Of a DNA stretch of 64,000 bases, positions 37,784 to 47,702 are shown in pieces. Location: positions 1 to 64,000 of IMG/VR virus record IMGVR_UViG_3300027963_000042. One strand, given 5' to 3'. Below the pieces are notes generated by a model. It did no database searches and was not told where the DNA came from. It worked only from the letters and a program-made list of their open reading frames with translations. This DNA comes from an uncultured virus (IMG/VR IMGVR_UViG_3300027963_000042) (lineage: Duplodnaviria > Heunggongvirae > Uroviricota > Caudoviricetes). The stretch's first letter is position 1, and each line of letters starts with the position of its first letter. Made by a program: the position numbers and the translations under genes.

Positions 37784-38263
37784 TTAATAATTGTTTTCTT
37801 GTCTTCTGATATTTTCTTTATTCTTACTTAAATAATAATTATAAAGCTCATCTGCGGTCATACCAACAGAGACCATCATATTAAATAAGAAATGCTGAAT
37901 ATCAACCAGCTCCATTTTAAGTTCTTTAACATCTTCTGGAGACAGGTCAGATACCTTCATGGAATAAGCTTTCTTGTGATTACTTTTCCATGGCTTCCAA
38001 ACTGCGTTACCAATCGATGTTTCTCCATTATTAGAAACACCGCCTAGAGCGTCATATGCTTCCGATATTTCATCATCTATTGCTCTGGTGTTCCAGAGCC
38101 AAAAGTCTTTAATCTCTCCTAAAGAAAGATTTGCGAAATCGTAACCATAGACTTTCTCCTGGGTGTTCTTTTGGAGTGTCATTAATGTGCCCAAGTGATG
38201 CGTGGACTTTACGTAGTCGTCCTCAACGGGAAGATCTTTGCATTGATTGTCTGTATTTGCCAT
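37784..38263 (-). CDS. Dimeric all-alpha dUTPase/dCTPase (T4 gp56-like)
   Basis: [27 protein letters not shown]. Confidence 0.85.
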   Translation of the reverse strand: MANTDNQCKDLPVEDDYVKSTHHLGTLMTLQKNTQEKVYGYDFANLSLGEIKDFWLWNTRAIDDEISEAYDALGGVSNNGETSIGNAVWKPWKSNHKKAYSMKVSDLSPEDVKELKMELVDIQHFLFNMMVSVGMTADELYNYYLSKNKENIRRQENNY

Positions 38264-38363
38264 ATTTGTGATTTTTGACTAGGTTTTTTTGTCTATGCCT
38301 CCACCACCGGGTTTTTTATATATCGATCTGTTTCCGGGGACAGGGGCTTGACGTGATTTATTT

Positions 38364-39764
38364 TTATATTTTGCCTATCTTTTTTTTCAGCTGATCGATT
38401 TCATATTCTAACTCTAACATTCGGTCCTTAGTTTTACGACGTTTACCGTACAAATCCTTAATAATTATTTTAAGTATAGGATCTTCTTCATCGGAAGCAA
38501 AGCATGCCCCGGAGGCAGTTCTAATCCAATCGTCTTTGGGATTTACTGGATTTTTACCTCTATATGCTTCAGGCGAAATGTTCCACTGAACCATTGTATT
38601 TGGGTATAGCGATGCAAAGTCATAGCAGGCTACCCATTCATGTAATCCTTTTATAGGTTCTTTAACATATCCACCCGCAAACTTGACGTGTACCTCCTCT
38701 CTTTTTTCCACGACAAATAGCTGTTTACGGTCTAAAAACTTTCTAAGCATTAATACTTCCGTCGACCAAACAGGGGAAAGGCATCGATTTATCTCCACTC
38801 CGCTAATCATAGCGATTTTAAAGAAAGTCTGCATGGTCTTTAACTTCTGATCAATATAATGTACTAAAGCACAGTCAACTACGTTATAGTAAATAAAGTC
38901 CTCGAAGTTTGACTGGTAAAGGTCTCGGAGGGTTCCGTTATATTCAATCTTTTTAAGTCCTATTGCTTTGTCTGCTACGTAGTCCAATCTATTGCTTTCT
39001 TTAATCTTGATAACTCGGTCCCACTTCTTGTAGATTTCTAAGTAGTCAAACATTAATAGATGAACCGGAAGCTGTTGCTTCCCTATAAGGTATCCCCCAG
39101 GTGAAATAATTTTTGGATCAATCCCAAGCTTCTTCGCTCTGTTAATAAGATAAGGCCAGTCATATCCTAGCCAGTTCCATCCTGTCATAACCGGCATTTT
39201 AGGTCCAAGTTCTTTAAAGAATGTATACATCATATCATATTCGGTCTCGAACTGTTTATATTTAAAGGACCATTCATCTCCAAACTTCTTGAAATATTCG
39301 TTGGTTTTCTTATAGATATTAGCTTGTTGTTCTGGTGTCAATGGATCTAGCCCTAAAACTATCAATTTACATTTGTCTGTTGCAATACCTATTGATAGAA
39401 CACGATTTTTAGCATTCTCTGTGTCTAGTGCTGCTGCCATATCTTCGGTTATCTCAACCTCAATATCGACAAAGTATTTCTTAGGGTTTTGATATACCCA
39501 AAGCGGGGCTGTTAATTCAGGATCTGCTTCGATTAGAATCTGAGCCATCCTATATTTGTCGTATTTTTGAGTTTTTAGTTTCTTTACCGAATCACCTGTC
39601 CAGGTTTTCCATTCTTTATCCTTAGAAGAATTACTGGGGCTGCACTTTTCCCAAACGAATCTTTCTGATTCCGGAATGGGTACATCTAGGAAAGCTAGGT
39701 CGCCTTCTTCTGTGAAATGTGATACTTTAAGATATTCCCCTCTGTTCTCAATGTCTACGATCAT
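38364..39764 (-). CDS. DNA polymerase B N-terminal fragment (3'-5' exonuclease plus motif A)
   Basis: VDIEV, GWNWLGYDWPYL, YNVVD, GGYV, YDFASLYP; ends in the fingers helix. Confidence 0.92.
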   Translation of the reverse strand: MIVDIENRGEYLKVSHFTEEGDLAFLDVPIPESERFVWEKCSPSNSSKDKEWKTWTGDSVKKLKTQKYDKYRMAQILIEADPELTAPLWVYQNPKKYFVDIEVEITEDMAAALDTENAKNRVLSIGIATDKCKLIVLGLDPLTPEQQANIYKKTNEYFKKFGDEWSFKYKQFETEYDMMYTFFKELGPKMPVMTGWNWLGYDWPYLINRAKKLGIDPKIISPGGYLIGKQQLPVHLLMFDYLEIYKKWDRVIKIKESNRLDYVADKAIGLKKIEYNGTLRDLYQSNFEDFIYYNVVDCALVHYIDQKLKTMQTFFKIAMISGVEINRCLSPVWSTEVLMLRKFLDRKQLFVVEKREEVHVKFAGGYVKEPIKGLHEWVACYDFASLYPNTMVQWNISPEAYRGKNPVNPKDDWIRTASGACFASDEEDPILKIIIKDLYGKRRKTKDRMLELEYEIDQLKKKIGKI

Positions 39765-39846
39765 TTTTTTTATTTACGTATGTTTTATACCAATACCATC
39801 TTTTTATTTCGATCTTTACTTAAGTTTCATGAAGATATATAAAAAT

Positions 39847-40152
39847 ATGAAGAATTTAAAAAACATTTCCCAATTTATTAATGAGTGGCTTGATTCACCG
39901 GGTAGTATCGACGTTCCTGGTCAGAATTCGGAAATTAGAGTCAATTCTAGAAATTACAAAACACAGAATCAGCAGCTTCCCGAAGTTGTTGATGCTATGT
40001 TCGAGGCAGCATATTTTCACGATTTTCTAGACGAAGAGGGTAAATCGGAAAAATTCAATAAATTTTTAGGCGAGGGTAAAAAATCAGGTGCTCAGGTAAC
40101 AAGCTATATAAAAGACTCTTTTAAAGACAAGGCATCTAAAAAGAGGGATTAA
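39847..40152 (+). CDS. Hypothetical (putative virion) protein
   Basis: MKNLKNISQFINE N-terminus; GATATATA at 39834. Confidence 0.7.
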   Translation: MKNLKNISQFINEWLDSPGSIDVPGQNSEIRVNSRNYKTQNQQLPEVVDAMFEAAYFHDFLDEEGKSEKFNKFLGEGKKSGAQVTSYIKDSFKDKASKKRD

Positions 40153-40199
40153 TTTTTTTATATCCGCATTAAAACATTAGATTTGTAAGAAAAAACAAT

Positions 40200-41198
40200 A
40201 TGTACTCAAAAATATATGACTTTTGTAAGGTCAAAAATTTAGGAAATTGCTACAGAAACGGTGAAACCCCAACGCCAAGGGTAAACTTCATATTAGATCT
40301 TTGCGATCAAATGGGGCTTAAATACGAGTTGGATATTTTCGCAGACAACAGATCTAGTGCTGGTGATGATATGACAATGAGGGATTTCCGCTACATACTA
40401 GATACCCTGTCACCCGATAAAAGAAAGGATGCACTGGATCTATATAAAGAATTCACCCAAAAGGTAAAAGATCTTGACACCGACTTTGAAAATTCGGGTC
40501 TAGAGGATGATGATTCTGCTATCGATTTCCACGAGGAAAAATATTACCAGCTGGAAGATGAATACTCTGAAAAATTAAAAGGAATTGCAGGAGAGATAAA
40601 AAAAGGTGTTAATAACTACTTCAATATAGTTCTTCCTGGAACATCAGATAAATTTGTTGTAGCACATCACGATATAGTAAATAAAGATTCTGATAATGCC
40701 AATGACAATTCTTGCTCAGTTATAAACGCTTTAATGATCAAGAAACTAAGACCTGAGGTAAACGTGGTTATATTAGACGGAGAGGAATTCGGAGGTATAG
40801 GATCTAATCAATTAGCAGAAAGAATTAAAGCAGGTGATTTCAAATGTAAATGGGTGCTTAACCTAGAGCTAACTGGTAAGGGCGGAAAAAGCTTCTTCGT
40901 TGGAGCTATGGGAACACCTTTAACAGATTGGATCGCAAATAGATTTGAATGCCCAATCGTAAATGTGCCATTCAATGATTCAGTGATATTTAAGAAATAT
41001 GGAATAAATAGCACTGTGATTAATCCTCTTCCTGTAACAGATGAAAAAAGCCCGGTTATAAATAAGGATGGTGAATATTTAAACTTTAAAATGCTATTCA
41101 ACTGTCACAAAATGACAGACTCAGTAGACAGCATTGATCCAAAAGATATGGAAGAATTCGTTAATGAAGTTTGTTTAAAAATAATAGACGAAGCTTGA
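40200..41198 (+). CDS. M28-family metallopeptidase
   Basis: AHHD, ANDNSCS, DGEEFGGIGS, LNLE, C-terminal H..D. Confidence 0.8.
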   Translation: MYSKIYDFCKVKNLGNCYRNGETPTPRVNFILDLCDQMGLKYELDIFADNRSSAGDDMTMRDFRYILDTLSPDKRKDALDLYKEFTQKVKDLDTDFENSGLEDDDSAIDFHEEKYYQLEDEYSEKLKGIAGEIKKGVNNYFNIVLPGTSDKFVVAHHDIVNKDSDNANDNSCSVINALMIKKLRPEVNVVILDGEEFGGIGSNQLAERIKAGDFKCKWVLNLELTGKGGKSFFVGAMGTPLTDWIANRFECPIVNVPFNDSVIFKKYGINSTVINPLPVTDEKSPVINKDGEYLNFKMLFNCHKMTDSVDSIDPKDMEEFVNEVCLKIIDEA

Positions 41199-41299
41199 GA
41201 CGTATAAAACTATTTGAAGAATTTATTGAGTATGTTATGCCGGTAAAAAAGCGTAACATGAAAAGCATAGTCATTATACCTAATTGGAAGGTCTATTAA
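41195..41299 (+). CDS. Small hypothetical protein (34 aa, MRRIKLFEEFIE...IPNWKVY)
   Basis: TTG overlapping the upstream TGA; shared N-terminal motif. Confidence 0.5.
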   Translation: MRRIKLFEEFIEYVMPVKKRNMKSIVIIPNWKVY

Positions 41300-41532
41300 T
41301 AGACAGAAAACCCTTGTTCAATTTCAAACTTATCCACATCTCTACCGACTATGAATTTTCCAACTAAATTATTATCCCTTTCTATTCTCATTCCAGCTAG
41401 TTCCAATTCTTCACCTATATTTATTAATGGTGAAAGCTTAACATAGTTTGCAGGTCCTCTTCGTTCATACATAGCTACTTTAAGACTTGCTTGTAAAATT
41501 GCGGCTATTAATTTTCTTTTTTCAATTTCCAT
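41296..41532 (-). CDS. Hypothetical protein
   Basis: 78-aa ORF containing RRGPANY. Confidence 0.55.
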   Translation of the reverse strand: MEIEKRKLIAAILQASLKVAMYERRGPANYVKLSPLINIGEELELAGMRIERDNNLVGKFIVGRDVDKFEIEQGFSVY

Positions 41533-41618
41533 TTAATACTATTTTACTTATCTTATTGATTTTGTAGTATTTTGTTTCACTTTGAAACTTAAAGGTAAAT
41601 TCTGTATAAAATTTCTTC

Positions 41619-42014
41619 TTATTTTATTTTTATAGAATCTAAATAAATTATTAATTTCTTATCTGTCGGTTCAACCGACAGATTTTTTTTAACAAAGATT
41701 TCCCAAGAGTCCCTTCCATATTTACCTATTCCTGGAAGCTCTATAGCATCATTAAATCCATCAACCCATTTCTGACTTAACTTTATTATCCGGGATGCTT
41801 TTACATTCTGAAATCCGGTTGTTTTTATGACCGCTGCCAGCCTTTCTGGATCACACCCAATAGTAGATATGGGCGTCGGGATAAGTTCAAATACGGAGCT
41901 TAAAATCGGTCTTACTTGCTTATTATTTGTTTGATTTAATAGAATACAACAAACCATCATTTTCCATGGCTCTTTCAGATAATCCTCCTGTATTAGTATC
42001 TCTCTTTCCTCCAT
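41619..42014 (-). CDS. HhH-GPD DNA glycosylase, MBD4-like
   Basis: PWKMMVCCILLNQT, LPGIGKYGRDS, PTDKKL. Confidence 0.85.
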   Translation of the reverse strand: MEEREILIQEDYLKEPWKMMVCCILLNQTNNKQVRPILSSVFELIPTPISTIGCDPERLAAVIKTTGFQNVKASRIIKLSQKWVDGFNDAIELPGIGKYGRDSWEIFVKKNLSVEPTDKKLIIYLDSIKIK

Positions 42015-42826
42015 TATATTTGTATTCCGGGTACCCAGTGGGTCATTCTACCGTCATCGGTAATCTCATGAACTACTATGTTGCCTAAAGGATCCTTATC
42101 CTTACGGTAAACATGAAAGGAGAAAACAAAATCCCCGTGGTTGTTGTCCATGTCAGTGTACGTGGCTAGAGTTGCTCCCCCTTGTTCATACGACGTTTTA
42201 ATTATGGTCTTTATCCATTCGCATAGCTTCTCCATTCTATCCATCGTAATGTCGCATATTTTTAAATGTGGAGAAATGCCAGCTCTGTAAAGTGCCTCCG
42301 ATTTTATATAGTTGCCTACGCCTGAGATGACCTTCTGATCCATGATAGCTTTGCAAATGTTTTTGTTTGGTGATTTGGTTAATCTAGCATAAAATTCAGC
42401 AAAAGGAACTTCATTATTTAACATATCTGGTCCTGATGAGTTTAGCTTCTTCCTAATCTCCTCGTGATCAGAATAGAAAGAAATGTTACCAAATCTCCTT
42501 ACATCCTCAAAGAAAACTTCGGAAGAGTCTGAAAATCTAAGTACAAAATGCGAATGCTTCCCTCTAAGGTCTCTCCATCCCCCACTCATGCCCAACGTGT
42601 TCCACATAAACAGATCTCCAATTTTAGCATAGATAAATTTACCTTTAACTCTGACCCAGTCAACCTGGAGTGGACCTGCTGATAACGCTTCCCTGATAAG
42701 TGAAATCCCGGTGGGTTCTTTCTTTAACCATTTTCCTCCGAGTATTTCAGCCTCTGTTAGTTCTTTATAAACTATTCTTTTGGCTAATCCCTCAGCCATT
42801 CTTCTTACTTCCGGTCCTTCTGGCAT
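42014..42826 (-). CDS. Fpg/Nei family DNA glycosylase
   Basis: N-terminal MPEGPEV, KGKF, DVRRFG, DQKVISGVGNYIKSE; zinc-less finger. Confidence 0.9.
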   Translation of the reverse strand: MPEGPEVRRMAEGLAKRIVYKELTEAEILGGKWLKKEPTGISLIREALSAGPLQVDWVRVKGKFIYAKIGDLFMWNTLGMSGGWRDLRGKHSHFVLRFSDSSEVFFEDVRRFGNISFYSDHEEIRKKLNSSGPDMLNNEVPFAEFYARLTKSPNKNICKAIMDQKVISGVGNYIKSEALYRAGISPHLKICDITMDRMEKLCEWIKTIIKTSYEQGGATLATYTDMDNNHGDFVFSFHVYRKDKDPLGNIVVHEITDDGRMTHWVPGIQI

Positions 42827-42865
42827 TTCTTTTCTTTTTGCAAATATAATCAATAGACCCGGTAT

Positions 42866-42901
42866 AAAAAAATAAAGCCGAGCTAATTTAGCCCGGCTTT
42901 A
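42866..42901 (-). terminator. Terminator after dnaK
   Basis: AAAGCCGAGCT/AGCCCGGCTTT stem plus U run. Confidence 0.7.
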
Positions 42902-42919
42902 CCTTATAATTTATTTATA

Positions 42920-44809
42920 TTATTGCTTGATTTCTTCGTACTCTACATCTTGTAAATCTTCCGCACTATCAGAAGTTTGTTCGGAAGGGGATTCAGTTGC
43001 TTGAGCTTGCTGATCTGCTGCATATACAGCAGAAGCTATTACATTCATCTTATCAGAAAGAATCTTCATTGTAGATTCGATAGCATCTAAATCGTCACCG
43101 TCCATGATTTTTCTTAATTCTTCTATTTTATCAGAGATCTCTTGTTTATCTGAATCACTTACCTTGTCGCCAAAGTCGCTAATCGCTTTTTCCATCTGAA
43201 AACACATAGAAGAAGCTTCATTAGAAAGCTGAGATTTTCTTAATCTCTCCTTATCTGCATCTGCATTTGCTTCAGCATCATTTTTCATCTTTTCAATTTC
43301 TTCATCAGTTAGCTTAGATCCTGATTCGATTCTAATATTTTGCACTTTACCTGTTCCCTGATCCTTAGCAGAAACCTTAATAATACCGTTGGCATCAATA
43401 TCAAATGTAACTTCAATCTTTGGAATACCCCTCATTGAAGGCGGGATATCAGTTAACTGAAATCTGCCAAGAGATCTGTTATCTGTAGCCATTGCTCTTT
43501 CCCCTTGTAATACGTGTATCTCCACTGCTGGTTGGTTATCAACAGCTGTAGAAAATACCTCGCTCTTTGTTACTGGTATAGTTGTGTTGGATTCGATCAA
43601 TTTAGTAAATACACCACCTACTGTTTCTATTCCTAGAGAAAGAGGGGTAATGTCTAACAAAAGAACGTCTTTAATATCTCCAGCTAATACTCCTCCTTGG
43701 ATAGCAGCTCCAATAGCTACCACCTCATCAGGATTAACGCCCTTGGAAGGTTTCCTACCGAAAAGTTTTTCAACTTCTTCCTGTACCTTAGGTATCCTTG
43801 TAGATCCGCCTACTAAAATAACCTCATCAACCTGAGCAGCTGTTAAACCTGCATCTTTCAATGCTTTCTTACAAGGTTCTAATGTTCTTTTAATTAGATC
43901 CCCGCACATAGACTCGAATTGAGCTTTAGATAATTTCTTTACGAAATGTTTAGGCCCATTTGAATCTGCACTTAAATAAGGAAGGTTAATCTCTGTCTCA
44001 TTAGAAGCAGAAAGTTCAACTTTTGCTTTCTCCGCACCTTCTCTAATTCTTTGATAAGCCGTAGGGTCTTTAGAAGCATCCACACCGGTTTCATCTTTAA
44101 ATGCAGCAACTACCCAATCGATAATCATTTCATCAAAGTTGTCACCACCTAAGTGGGTGTCACCGTTGGTGGAAAGAACCTCAAATACTCCAGATCCTAT
44201 TTCTAGGATTGAAACGTCAAATGTACCGCCACCTAAGTCATACACTGCAACCTTAAGATCTTTGTCACCTTTATCCAGGCCATAAGCTAAAGCTGCTGCT
44301 GTTGGTTCGTTAATAATACGGAGTACTTCTAATCCTGCAATTTCACCAGCCTCTTTAGTTGCTTGTCTTTGACTATCGTTGAAATAAGCAGGAACTGTAA
44401 TTACCGCTTGGGTAACAGCTTCTCCTAAATACTCCTCTGCAGTTCTTTTTAGATTCTGTAAAATTATTGCCGAAATTTCTTGGGGTACGTATGTTTTTCC
44501 GTTTGCTTCTACTACTACCTTATCACCCTTTTCTTTTTTTACTTTATAAGACATTTTACCTGCCTCATTTTTAATCTCCGAATACTTAGATCCAATAAAC
44601 CTTTTTACTGAATAGATAGTATTCTCTGGGTTAGTAACCGCTTGTCTCTTTGCAGAGTCTCCGATTCTAATGTCACCATCTTTAAAAGAAACCACACTAG
44701 GTGTAGTTCTTTTTCCCTCCTGGTTAACAATAACTGAGGGTGTGCTTCCTTCAATTAGGGAAACACATGAATTTGTTGTTCCTAGGTCAATACCAATTAC
44801 TTTTGCCAT
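42920..44809 (-). CDS. dnaK: Chaperone DnaK (Hsp70)
   Basis: [33 protein letters not shown]. Confidence 0.98.
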   Translation of the reverse strand: MAKVIGIDLGTTNSCVSLIEGSTPSVIVNQEGKRTTPSVVSFKDGDIRIGDSAKRQAVTNPENTIYSVKRFIGSKYSEIKNEAGKMSYKVKKEKGDKVVVEANGKTYVPQEISAIILQNLKRTAEEYLGEAVTQAVITVPAYFNDSQRQATKEAGEIAGLEVLRIINEPTAAALAYGLDKGDKDLKVAVYDLGGGTFDVSILEIGSGVFEVLSTNGDTHLGGDNFDEMIIDWVVAAFKDETGVDASKDPTAYQRIREGAEKAKVELSASNETEINLPYLSADSNGPKHFVKKLSKAQFESMCGDLIKRTLEPCKKALKDAGLTAAQVDEVILVGGSTRIPKVQEEVEKLFGRKPSKGVNPDEVVAIGAAIQGGVLAGDIKDVLLLDITPLSLGIETVGGVFTKLIESNTTIPVTKSEVFSTAVDNQPAVEIHVLQGERAMATDNRSLGRFQLTDIPPSMRGIPKIEVTFDIDANGIIKVSAKDQGTGKVQNIRIESGSKLTDEEIEKMKNDAEANADADKERLRKSQLSNEASSMCFQMEKAISDFGDKVSDSDKQEISDKIEELRKIMDGDDLDAIESTMKILSDKMNVIASAVYAADQQAQATESPSEQTSDSAEDLQDVEYEEIKQ

Positions 44810-44969
44810 TTGTTTTAAATTTATTATTTTTAGTTGATTTCTGAGAAAAGATTCCGTTATAGAATCATATTTCCTGTAATAAATTAATCAAAATTAGATC
44901 CGAAAGAAATTTTTAGTCATATTGTCATTTCATTCCCAAATAAAGTGACTTTTTGTCTACCGAAGCCCA

Positions 44970-44998
44970 CAAAAAAACCCGATCTACCGACCGGGTTT
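44970..44998 (-). terminator. Rho-independent terminator
   Basis: AAACCCG/CGGGTTT stem plus U run. Confidence 0.65.
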
Positions 44999-45015
44999 GT
45001 CATATCAATGAAATA

Positions 45016-45474
45016 TTATTTCTTCTTTCTTCTCTTTACGAATTCAAGATAATTATCAACAGTCTTTGCTTTCTTTTTCTTAGCTGCTCCTGTTCCTGCA
45101 GTAAGACTTGTGAATTTGTCACCGGACCCATTATTAGTTGAATCATAAAATCCGCTATTAGTTGCACCTGCTGAGCTAGGTGGAGATGGATTACCCATTC
45201 CCGATACGTTGCCCAATGTAGCTAATCCCGGAGCTGGAGCTGCTGCTCCCATATCCTCATTCATTTTATCTTCGTCCATGCCTTTAGCTTTAAGATATTC
45301 TTTTAGCTGCCAGCTTTCTACACAGTAATCATTCTCATTTAGCCATTCGGTAACGGCTTTAACGTATTGTTCTGAAGATTCGCAATCACAAATAATGTCA
45401 TCTAATTCTTCTTCCTCATCCATCATGCAGATTAAGGTTTTTCCATTTGGTAATTGTCCTGTTGGGTGAAACAT
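45016..45474 (-). CDS. Hypothetical protein
   Basis: 152-aa ORF with ATLGNVSGMGNP and GSGD motifs. Confidence 0.7.
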   Translation of the reverse strand: MFHPTGQLPNGKTLICMMDEEEELDDIICDCESSEQYVKAVTEWLNENDYCVESWQLKEYLKAKGMDEDKMNEDMGAAAPAPGLATLGNVSGMGNPSPPSSAGATNSGFYDSTNNGSGDKFTSLTAGTGAAKKKKAKTVDNYLEFVKRRKKK

Positions 45475-45478
45475 ATTA

Positions 45479-45709
45479 TTAGTCTAAGGTTTGTTTTATA
45501 TTGGTTTTAAAAATACGAACTATATTGCCGTCCGGATTCTTAGTGATATATCCTATTATATCATTGTATATATCATATATGGGAGACTGTATTAGTAGTT
45601 TTCTGTTTAGATTGTCCAATACCCATTTGTTTAGGATCTTGCTTTCCTCTTTTGACATATCTCTTTTAACAGACTCAAATTCAAAACTGCTTCCTTTACA
45701 ATTACACAT
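45479..45709 (-). CDS. Hypothetical protein
   Basis: 76-aa ORF starting MCNCK. Confidence 0.6.
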   Translation of the reverse strand: MCNCKGSSFEFESVKRDMSKEESKILNKWVLDNLNRKLLIQSPIYDIYNDIIGYITKNPDGNIVRIFKTNIKQTLD

Positions 45710-46134
45710 TATCTATAATTTCCTTTTTCTTGTTTACGTTTAATATATTGCCAAAGGTATCTTAATCCCTTTGCATACTCAGAAGGTCTGCTAAAAGGCT
45801 TGCCAAAGTCTTTTATATCGTTTCCGTTACCCTCCATTCTTTCGCCGGGATTATCCTCATTCTTTAGTGGATTATATCTTCGAACCTTTCCTGTTGGGTG
45901 GATAGTGTAGAATACTTTATCGTGGCCCTTCTCGTTTTTATTGTTGGTTACCCTAATAAATTTTAGAGTGTTGTTGATTTCCTGCTGATGTGATGTATCC
46001 TCTTTGAAACCAAGTTCTATTAGTCTCTTATAGTCAACTGTCTTTCTAACAAGATCCAGGTTAAGTGATCTTCTAGAATCTGATTTGTATTCCTCATCCG
46101 GACTGTATTTTTCATATTCTAATAGGTACTTCAT
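45709..46134 (-). CDS. Hypothetical (putative virion) protein
   Basis: MKYLLEYEKY N-terminus. Confidence 0.7.
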   Translation of the reverse strand: MKYLLEYEKYSPDEEYKSDSRRSLNLDLVRKTVDYKRLIELGFKEDTSHQQEINNTLKFIRVTNNKNEKGHDKVFYTIHPTGKVRRYNPLKNEDNPGERMEGNGNDIKDFGKPFSRPSEYAKGLRYLWQYIKRKQEKGNYR

Positions 46135-46147
46135 ACTCTATATATAT

Positions 46148-46555
46148 TTACTTTAACTCCTCAAGATTCATCCGGCTTCCCTGACCCCAGTAATCTGCAC
46201 CCCCGTAATAGGTGCAAATCTCTTCATTTTGTTCTATGTCTCTAATTGCATAGAAGAAAAAAGTCTCCCTTGGTTCTGAACTTTTCCATGCTGCATTGGG
46301 AGAATTTGAATGATTATAAAGGGCTCCGTAACCAGTTGGTATAACCTGTGTAACCGGAGACACGCTAGGCCACATAAATCGATAGTGTTCTAGTACATGC
46401 CAACATGATGCATTTACGTGTAGATCCAGTCCTATAACTGTGCATTCTTCTATGATCTCACCCTTTCCTATTCTGGATTTAGCAAAAACACCATATCCGT
46501 GGATTGGACTAGGTGAAACGTAAACTTTTTCTGGTAAATAAATTTGTACTGCCAT
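46148..46555 (-). CDS. SET-domain lysine methyltransferase
   Basis: SPIHGYGVFA, YNHSNSPN, RDIEQNEEICTYYG. Confidence 0.9.
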   Translation of the reverse strand: MAVQIYLPEKVYVSPSPIHGYGVFAKSRIGKGEIIEECTVIGLDLHVNASCWHVLEHYRFMWPSVSPVTQVIPTGYGALYNHSNSPNAAWKSSEPRETFFFYAIRDIEQNEEICTYYGGADYWGQGSRMNLEELK

Positions 46556-46616
46556 TTGATCTGTTTTTTAAGTATAGGTTATACACACAAAAAGAAAAAC
46601 TGTTCCGGCTTAATAC

Positions 46617-46994
46617 CTATTTAGAATCTAGCCAATCCCTATAATCTTTTAAATTCTCCAGATTTTTCTTCCCTTTTTTCTTTTGCTTAGAATCGGGATC
46701 AAGAAAAGGTACTATTTTACCCGGGCCTTTTGGCTGGAACGTCGGAATACTGTCAGATCCAACAGGTTCCAAACTAACTGGCATATCACCAATGACTTCC
46801 TCATCCACATGGTGTGGCAAGTTCTTATGTTTCGTAGAAGCATATTTTTGAAGTTCCTTCTTAGTCATGCTATCTGCAAGATTCGTAATGGCTTTCTTGT
46901 ATTTTGGATTGAGATCGGAAGGTTCCATCGCTCCCACTTTTATTGCATAGGCCTGGGCCATTAATCGTTGTTGTGCTGTACTAAGTGCTGGCAT
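46617..46994 (-). CDS. DUF3008-like protein
   Basis: MPALSTAQQRLM..SMTKKELQKYASTKHKNLP. Confidence 0.7.
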   Translation of the reverse strand: MPALSTAQQRLMAQAYAIKVGAMEPSDLNPKYKKAITNLADSMTKKELQKYASTKHKNLPHHVDEEVIGDMPVSLEPVGSDSIPTFQPKGPGKIVPFLDPDSKQKKKGKKNLENLKDYRDWLDSK

Positions 46995-47042
46995 TTCTTC
47001 TGTTGATTTTTTTGTGATCTATATATCCACACAAAAAAGGAC

Positions 47043-47285
47043 TTATAAATATAAGTCCTTTTGTTTTTTGTCCCATTCACTTTGTGTTATGGGTTTAGAG
47101 GATAAATCCCAATTCTTATCTGGATTGATAATTTTCTTTTTAGATTTGTACCAATCATTGAAGGTCCAAATAAATCGATTATATCCTTTGCCGACTAAGG
47201 CAAATCCACTGTCCCCTGGTTGAATAGCCATTGGCGATTGAGGGGGAGCATAAAAACTTGTTTCAGGATTTTTTGTTTTTGACAC
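47043..47285 (-). CDS. Hypothetical protein
   Basis: 80-aa ORF. Confidence 0.65.
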   Translation of the reverse strand: MSKTKNPETSFYAPPQSPMAIQPGDSGFALVGKGYNRFIWTFNDWYKSKKKIINPDKNWDLSSKPITQSEWDKKQKDLYL

Positions 47286-47287
47286 TT

Positions 47288-47497
47288 TTAGTTGCCTACG
47301 ACAGCCTCTATTTTTGATTTCGTAACTTGAGTTGTCTCAAATCCTCCAACTGAACCATCTAAGTATTCAGCCATTTTAGTTTCTACGTCAAGAACAGATT
47401 CGCCAGATACTAAGAATTCTGCTTTTTTATAAACAGGATCACCGTTCTTGTTAACCTCTCCAGATTCAAAACTTGTTTTAACTACGTAATAGCTCAT
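47288..47497 (-). CDS. DUF4494-like protein
   Basis: YYVVK..EFLVSGESVLDVE..VTKSKIEAV pattern. Confidence 0.55.
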   Translation of the reverse strand: MSYYVVKTSFESGEVNKNGDPVYKKAEFLVSGESVLDVETKMAEYLDGSVGGFETTQVTKSKIEAVVGN

Positions 47498-47522
47498 TAG
47501 ATTTTTAGTTTTAAAATGTTAA

Positions 47523-47702
47523 TTAAGCTTTTTTGTTTTTAAACTCTTGCACTTCTAATCTAAGATCTTGAGCAAGTTTTTTAAGTTCCTGCATAGCTTG
47601 TCTTACTCTTGTACCAGCTGAGCCGTTACCTTTGTCGAAAAACTTTTCAGCGTCTCCTTGAGTGCTTTCGATTAATGCTTTGATTTGTTCGAATTTTTCC
47701 AT
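47523..47702 (-). CDS. Histone H1-like nucleoid protein (Hc1 N-terminal family), 59 aa, absent from the ORF track
   Basis: MEKFEQIKALIESTQGDAEKFFDKGNGSAGTRVRQAMQELKKLAQDLRLEVQEFKNKKA. Confidence 0.85.
   Translation of the reverse strand: MEKFEQIKALIESTQGDAEKFFDKGNGSAGTRVRQAMQELKKLAQDLRLEVQEFKNKKA

Noticed and set aside
38280..38355. GC-rich intergenic patch between polB-N and the dCTPase gene as a structured RNA
   Set aside because: I could not find a convincing stem; only the GATATATA motif is supportable.
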